Below, in pieces: positions 58,467 to 64,000 of a stretch of DNA of 64,000 nucleotides. The position numbers and the translations under genes were made by a program. This stretch comes from Clostridia bacterium. Its GTDB lineage: Bacteria > Bacillota > Clostridia > Oscillospirales > CAG-272. Position 1 is the first letter of the stretch. Each line of letters opens with the position of its first letter. The notes beneath the pieces were generated by a model. The model saw nothing but the letters and a program-made list of their open reading frames with translations, was not told the origin of the DNA and made no database searches. The stretch spans positions 172,443 through 236,442 of the forward strand of contig JAFXFN010000006.1 in assembly GCA_017520505.1 (NCBI GenBank), in the 5' to 3' direction.

Positions 58467-59294
58467 TCATACGAATCTCTGTGCATAACCGCACTTTTTA
58501 CATAGTTCTTCTGATGCCTTTCCGCATCTGAAGCCGTCAACAATATTTTTCGCTCTTTCACAAGATAAAATATTTTCTATATTTTCGCAGAAGATGTTAC
58601 CGAGGCGGATCACACCGTCGCTGTCGAGACAGCACGGAACAACAGTTCCGTCACAGAGGATTCCGAATTGGTCTTTCAGTCCGTAACAGAAAAATTTATT
58701 ACCTTTAACCTCTGCATTTATATCGGGCCACTCAAAACGCTCGCCCCATTCAAGATAGATCTTATCTCGTATCTTTATGCCACGGGTGTTTTCTTTCCAT
58801 TCTCCCGAGATATTTTCTTTGAGCAGTTGCATCGATATATCATTTTTGCCCTCGTCACAGCCTTTGTTCCAAAGGCGAAAAACGACGATCGTTCCCTTTT
58901 CTGCGGCTTCCTTTGCAAAATCAGCGGTCTCATTTACATATCTTTTATGAGTGTCGTCGGTTCCGTTTTCAAAGCTGTGTAATGATATATTCACCTTATG
59001 TAAGCCCGCATTTAAAAGCTCAGTTTTTCGCTTATTCAAAAGCGTGCCGTTTGTGGTTATTATCGACTTAAAGCCTCTTTCGCCCGCTGTTTTAATGAAT
59101 TCGGGAAACTCTGAATGTGTCAGCGGCTCGCCCATCAAATGATAATAAATATATTCCGTCTGTCCTTTTAATTTGTCAAGAACAATGGTAAACTCATCAA
59201 GGCTCATTTGCCTTTTTTCCCTCTTGTGCCCGTGACAAAACGAACAGTTCATATTGCATATATTTGTGATTTCTATATAAACCTTATTGTACAT
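58467..59294 (-). CDS. Radical SAM/SPASM domain protein
   Basis: CNMNCSFC, GEPL, TTNG; SPASM C..DGTVVPCC..LGNI..CKKC. Confidence 0.92.
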   Translation of the reverse strand: MYNKVYIEITNICNMNCSFCHGHKREKRQMSLDEFTIVLDKLKGQTEYIYYHLMGEPLTHSEFPEFIKTAGERGFKSIITTNGTLLNKRKTELLNAGLHKVNISLHSFENGTDDTHKRYVNETADFAKEAAEKGTIVVFRLWNKGCDEGKNDISMQLLKENISGEWKENTRGIKIRDKIYLEWGERFEWPDINAEVKGNKFFCYGLKDQFGILCDGTVVPCCLDSDGVIRLGNIFCENIENILSCERAKNIVDGFRCGKASEELCKKCGYAQRFV

Positions 59295-59298
59295 CTTT
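58995..59298. repeat. 304 bp direct repeat, copy A
   Basis: Matches 60809-61112 with about 7 transitions, counted by eye. Confidence 0.92.
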
Positions 59299-60480
59299 TT
59301 CCGTCTTTTTGCGTTTCACCCTGATAATAATTTCAAACACCAAGAAAATAAGCAGATATGCGCATAATATAAAGTAAATAACGTCTGCATTCCATTCATC
59401 ATATCTTACCGTACGATCATCTGCAAAATAATGTGTCCATCGAACATCGTGAGCCGCATCCGAAAGAAAGGCAGGAAAAACATACAGCATATTTCTGATT
59501 GCGGGAAAAAGTAATATTTCTCTTTCTTCTTTATATTTCACAATGAAATTTATGCCAATTATAATATCTGCAAGCATACACCCCAATGCCACACCGGCTA
59601 CGATATTATATACTGTATTGACACCGTCATATGTACGAAGATACCCACCCAGTAACCCAATTACCGATGCCGAAACTATCAGAATAAACTGGATCACGTT
59701 CATTTTCTTTAAATTTTTGCAAGTATACTTCTCCCTTTTTAAGAAAAATGTTCCTGTTGTTACCCATCTCATATAGGGCGATCTTAACACAATAAAAATA
59801 ATGACCAACGGCAAGAAAATGAACTTAGAGAAAACGGTAAAATAATAATCCGGTGCTGTGACGCTTTCAATATAGTCAGATTCAAACGGTATCAAAGGAA
59901 TCGATACCGCTATTGATGCAAATACAGTGAAAAATGTTATAAACGAATACGAGCCGAGCATCTTGCGAAATTTTTGTGCCGTTGTTTCATCAACGTCCTC
60001 AAAAAGCTCGTTATTCGCAACATCTCTAGCCTTATTCAAACCAATCACCGCAATAACGAATGAAGCCACTTCAAAAAGCATCATCACCGAAAAACCGATA
60101 ACCGGGCGGTAAAAACCGTATGATATTCCAAACATACATACAAGTCCGGCGACAGCCACCGCCATAGATATCCAGAACGACATTCTGAAGCCGGAAGCCG
60201 AACGGTTTATAATAGCTTTTAATTGTTTTTCCGCTTTTGGCGGATTCTTCTCGGGTACGGGCTCGCACGAAATACGCTCACCTTTTAAAAGCTCATCGCA
60301 AGTGACATCGAAAATTTCCGCAATGGCAGGAATCAATGATATGTCGGGAGCACATTCATTTCGCTCCCAACGACTGACAGCTTTGTTGGAAATATTAAGT
60401 TTGTCTGCCAGCTCCTGCTGTGTCATACCGTTCGCCTTACGCAAAACGGCAATAAATGTTCCTATAGTTTTTTTCTCCAT
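59284..60480 (-). CDS. XRE HTH regulator fused to a multi-TM membrane domain
   Basis: MTQQELADKLNISNKAVSRWE...PDI..DELLKGE followed by about 8 TM helices. Confidence 0.88.
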   Translation of the reverse strand: MEKKTIGTFIAVLRKANGMTQQELADKLNISNKAVSRWERNECAPDISLIPAIAEIFDVTCDELLKGERISCEPVPEKNPPKAEKQLKAIINRSASGFRMSFWISMAVAVAGLVCMFGISYGFYRPVIGFSVMMLFEVASFVIAVIGLNKARDVANNELFEDVDETTAQKFRKMLGSYSFITFFTVFASIAVSIPLIPFESDYIESVTAPDYYFTVFSKFIFLPLVIIFIVLRSPYMRWVTTGTFFLKREKYTCKNLKKMNVIQFILIVSASVIGLLGGYLRTYDGVNTVYNIVAGVALGCMLADIIIGINFIVKYKEEREILLFPAIRNMLYVFPAFLSDAAHDVRWTHYFADDRTVRYDEWNADVIYFILCAYLLIFLVFEIIIRVKRKKTEKDVQ

Positions 60481-60796
60481 AATGCCTCCGTGAAAACAGT
60501 AACCGCGTTACATTTGATGCTTTATTCTACCGTATGGCGACAAAAAATCAAAGACCGTAAATCGGGATTCTGTCTCGCAAAGCGAGAATTCGGCTATTTT
60601 CAGCCATTTTAAGAAATTTATCGCTTCACTTCATCATTCATTATACCAGAAATAAGAACAAATACAAGAGGCTGACAAGGATTTTTTGAAAGTTCATATC
60701 ACAGACGTGCGGAAAAGGCGAGCACAAAATATGCCCGCCCTACTCAATATTGGTATCAATTAACCCACTTCGTAAACATCCCCATAGTTTAGATGA

Positions 60797-61108
60797 TTAT
60801 CTTTTTGGCTTATGTAAGCTCGCATTTAAAAGCTCAGTTTTTCGCTTATTCAAAAGCGTGCCGTTTGTGGTTATTATCGACTTAAAGCCTCTTTCACCCG
60901 CTGTTTTAATGAATTCGGGAAGCTCTGAATGTGTCAGCGGCTCGCCTATCAAATGATAATAAATATATTCCGTCTGTCCTTTTAATTTGTCAAGAACGAT
61001 GGTAAACTCATCAAGGCTCATTTGCCTTTTTTCCCTCTTGTGTCCGTGACAAAACGAACAGTTCATATTACATATATTTGTGATTTCTATATAAACCTTA
61101 TTGTACAT
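60797..61108 (-). pseudogene. Truncated 5' duplicate of the radical SAM gene (direct repeat copy B, 60809-61112)
   Basis: About the first 100 codons are nearly identical to 58467..59294, then an abrupt stop. Confidence 0.88.
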
Positions 61109-61141
61109 CTTTCCCTCTGTGTGCAGTTGTTTACATTACTA

Positions 61142-61981
61142 TCATTTAAATGATAACTCGGAAAACCATTGTTCTGTAATTTTTTCGGGATCATATTTGA
61201 TATTTACAAGTACATCGCCGTAAACAAAAGCGATAATATTTTCGGTGTCCGCTTTAAGCTCACATATCATAGCTGTAACTTCACGGTCTGCAAGCTTGAT
61301 GTGCTTGTTATATACATTTTCGTATCCTTCACGGGTATTGTCTATATTGATGGCATCGGGCGCAATAGCCTTTATTGCTTCGGAAGCCGTCAAATTTTCA
61401 TCGGCAATACTTTCAGGTAAATACGTCACCCTTATAGAAAATTCTTGTCCGTTATATACGGGAAAATACCATACCCAAGGCAATCCGTAAAGCTCGCTGA
61501 CCAAAAAAATAATATTGAAAAAGCCTTCTCTATTTCGGTAAGTAATTTCCTCATTATTGATCATTGGTCTTGGAAAAGCTCTGTTTTTATTCACTTTATC
61601 AACAAAGTATGTATACTCCTCGCCTAAAACACTCTTTAATCCATTGATCGTATCACCGAAGCCTAAAAAATCACTTTTTCGAAATGCTCTTATCATATCC
61701 TCATAAGTATCAAAATCGAATGTGGTTTGATAAATCCCCGGGGAATCATTGCCAAACGAAGAATTGTTTGACGGTAATAAGCCCGCAAAACCGTCTTTTC
61801 TAACTTTTGGAATAACAACACTTATTATCAAAGCAACGCACGCCGCCAAGGACACCCATTTTATAAATATACGTTTATTTAACTTCTTTTTCCGCTCCAA
61901 ATCTTGCTTCATAACGAAGTATCTATCTAAAATATCGCCGTCGAGTTCGGTAATGGCACTTACTAATTTTTTCTCTGTCAT
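61142..61981 (-). CDS. Putative membrane anti-sigma factor
   Basis: Coupled to the ECF sigma gene; AITELDGDIL..KWVSLAACVALI single TM followed by an extracellular domain. Confidence 0.75.
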   Translation of the reverse strand: MTEKKLVSAITELDGDILDRYFVMKQDLERKKKLNKRIFIKWVSLAACVALIISVVIPKVRKDGFAGLLPSNNSSFGNDSPGIYQTTFDFDTYEDMIRAFRKSDFLGFGDTINGLKSVLGEEYTYFVDKVNKNRAFPRPMINNEEITYRNREGFFNIIFLVSELYGLPWVWYFPVYNGQEFSIRVTYLPESIADENLTASEAIKAIAPDAINIDNTREGYENVYNKHIKLADREVTAMICELKADTENIIAFVYGDVLVNIKYDPEKITEQWFSELSFK

Positions 61982-62559
61982 AATTTATATCCCTCACTTT
62001 CAAGCAATTTTAAAAGACCTTGCTTAATTTTTTTGATCTCGCGTTTTACCGTTGAAACACTGCAACCTAGTTCTTCGCTGATCTTGCCAAGAGAGTCGGA
62101 AATATAATATCGGCTGACGAAAATGTACATTTGCTTATCCGGTAAAGATCTGACGTAATTACTTATTATCTTTGCAAGCTCTTTCGTTTCCATTTCCGAC
62201 TGTGTATCGTCTTTGTCTGCTATAAAATCCTCAAGCTCCGAAAGTGATACCGCAAATTCCGACACGATGCGCTTTTGGGATTTGTTTACGTAAAAACGGT
62301 TAATTGCAACACGCCGCATAATTACGGTAAGGAACGATTTCAGAATAACGGGTCTTGCCTCCGGAATTGAATTCCATGCGCCCATATATGTGTCATTAAG
62401 ACACTCCTCACCGTCCCACGCATCGCATACAATGTTATTGGCAATAGAAAGCAGAAATTTTTTATACTTTATATCAGTTTGTTTTATTGCTTGCTCATCA
62501 CGCCGCCAATACAGCTCAACGATTTCCCCGTCGCTCATTATAATATTTTGGAGTTTCAT
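61978..62559 (-). CDS. ECF sigma-70 factor
   Basis: IVELYWRRDEQAI, EECLNDTY..AWNSIP and IFVSRYY..S..IS.ELGCS.STVK motifs; GGAGG RBS. Confidence 0.92.
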   Translation of the reverse strand: MKLQNIIMSDGEIVELYWRRDEQAIKQTDIKYKKFLLSIANNIVCDAWDGEECLNDTYMGAWNSIPEARPVILKSFLTVIMRRVAINRFYVNKSQKRIVSEFAVSLSELEDFIADKDDTQSEMETKELAKIISNYVRSLPDKQMYIFVSRYYISDSLGKISEELGCSVSTVKREIKKIKQGLLKLLESEGYKL

Positions 62560-62693
62560 AACATTCCTCCCTTTAAAGTTATTTATAAATCCCTTCATAA
62601 ATAACAGTCAGGTTTTTTTATAAAACAGCTCACGTTTTTTGAAAGTTTTTCGGATTTTTTATATTATAACATATTCTTGTGCAGATTTCAAAT

Positions 62694-62721
62694 AAGGCGA
62701 GCGCAAAAACGCTCGCCTTTT
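62694..62721 (-). terminator. Terminator after the last ORF
   Basis: AAGGCGAGCG-CAAAAA-CGCTCGCCTT. Confidence 0.72.
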
Positions 62722-62740
62722 GAATTATCACCGTGCTTTA

Positions 62741-64000
62741 TCAAAAGCACACTCTTACAAAATCCTTGCCGTATTCATTATACTCACCGGAATAGATATA
62801 CGTTGCTTCATAATCGCCTAACAGTTCAAGCAAAGCATCTCGATCGATAGCCTTGCACTCGTCAGATCCGTATTCAATGATATAGTAAGCATCATCGTAG
62901 TAATCTTGATATCCTTTGGTATAGAAACACCACGTCACTCTGACAACTCCGATAATACCGCTTTCCGTCTTGGCATACCAACCGAAAACTCCGCTTGTTG
63001 TATTTCGCAGCTTTTCTTGATTGTTAAAATGCGGCGGTGTTACCGATCCTCTTTTCAAAGCTCCTTTGACCGACTCAAAGGCAGAGGGAAGATCGGGCAA
63101 GCGATTCATATCTTCTTCGTTAAAGCGAGCCTTTGTAAAGGCATAGGTATCCTGATCTCCGTCGGTCCATTCTTTACACCATACGCTGACTTCTTCATTG
63201 GTTGCAAAACCGTTTATATATCTGACGGCGTGAAATTGAACCTTCGACGAAAGGAATAATTTGTCCGTTGAAAAAGCAGGAACAAATAACCCGTTTTCAA
63301 AAGATTTAATTGTTTCTAAAACGTTTGCAGCCTCACCCGATATATCATTCAATAAATTCACATAAAAAGCATTTCCCAAGCCATCATTTTCTTGCTGACT
63401 AATAGTTTCTGCCTGTGCAATGGTATTTGTAATCGGTGCGCGATTGGTTTCTTCAATCCAAGCTTTGTTGGCATTCCAAAGTCTTTCGTCAAAATTGCCA
63501 TCAGCATTATATGCCGCAAAGTTCTCACCCATAAGATAATAGCCGTATACCCGATATCCGAAAAGCGGCAGATTTAATTGTTCAGCCTTTCCTTGCGTTT
63601 TATTATACATTACCGAGTAGTCATAGGCAAACTGCGCCATGTTTTTGATTACAAAACTATCATATATCGAGAAATCAGTCATAAAAGCGACGGGAACCAT
63701 ATAATAGAATTCTTCTGTCATTTCCTGTCCTCTCAATAATTTGACGGTTTTCATTTTCAAAAGACGATATTCGTACTGATTCCAATCATCAAAAAAAGTA
63801 TACGTATCGGGAAGTGTTTCTATAAGTTGAGACGTCACGGAAATACCTGCCGGATTTGCTTCCAAATTGGCGCTTAACGGCATACCACTACTGCTTTCGT
63901 TACCATAATAGTGTGGTGCAGAAGATGGTGTCTGAATATTCACAACAGGAATATTGAAACCGTTATCGGGATCATCCTCTCTCAGCATCGGCACAACAAT
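62741..64000 (-). CDS. Hypothetical protein, 5' end outside window (possibly the extracellular part of an anti-sigma-like protein)
   Basis: Frame open to the window edge (IVVPMLRE...); no family recognised. Confidence 0.65.
   Translation of the reverse strand: MVVPMLREDDPDNGFNIPVVNIQTPSSAPHYYGNESSSGMPLSANLEANPAGISVTSQLIETLPDTYTFFDDWNQYEYRLLKMKTVKLLRGQEMTEEFYYMVPVAFMTDFSIYDSFVIKNMAQFAYDYSVMYNKTQGKAEQLNLPLFGYRVYGYYLMGENFAAYNADGNFDERLWNANKAWIEETNRAPITNTIAQAETISQQENDGLGNAFYVNLLNDISGEAANVLETIKSFENGLFVPAFSTDKLFLSSKVQFHAVRYINGFATNEEVSVWCKEWTDGDQDTYAFTKARFNEEDMNRLPDLPSAFESVKGALKRGSVTPPHFNNQEKLRNTTSGVFGWYAKTESGIIGVVRVTWCFYTKGYQDYYDDAYYIIEYGSDECKAIDRDALLELLGDYEATYIYSGEYNEYGKDFVRVCF

Noticed and set aside
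58995-61112. Diversity-generating retroelement TR/VR pair
   Set aside because: Mismatches are mixed transitions, not adenine-specific, and there is no reverse transcriptase in the window.

Overview
A 64 kb chromosomal segment of an anaerobic Bacillota (Clostridia-like; assignment inferred from gene content, sigma-A promoters and GGAGG ribosome-binding sites). From left to right: (1) a minus-strand carbohydrate-uptake operon with a ~1000 aa solute-binding protein, two ABC permeases, an NHL-TPR-YIP1 fusion and a DUF5696-like protein that runs off the window and is missing from the ORF track; (2) housekeeping genes: Lhr-like helicase, purC, pdxK, a glycine-riboswitch-controlled Ala/Gly symporter, hydE-hydG-hydF with a TM1266-type regulator, holA, RNase M5, a purF lacking Cys1, metF, alr, prfA, SUA5, coaE and an M18 peptidase; (3) a pduL / NifU-like / GGGtGRT operon of unknown function with strongly biased codon usage; (4) an accessory tract from ~48.5 kb with several sensor/regulator modules, a stand-alone HEPN-motif protein and a 304 bp partial duplication of a radical SAM gene. 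The most unusual non-coding signal is a family of five dispersed GC-rich intergenic hairpin elements (GCGCC..CCCCCCA-[hairpin]..GGCGC, often followed by ATATTTCC..GGAAATAT) with compensatory base changes, two of them beside REP-like palindromes. I saw no rRNA, tRNA, CRISPR array, integrase or transposase. All family assignments come from reading motifs by eye, not from database searches.
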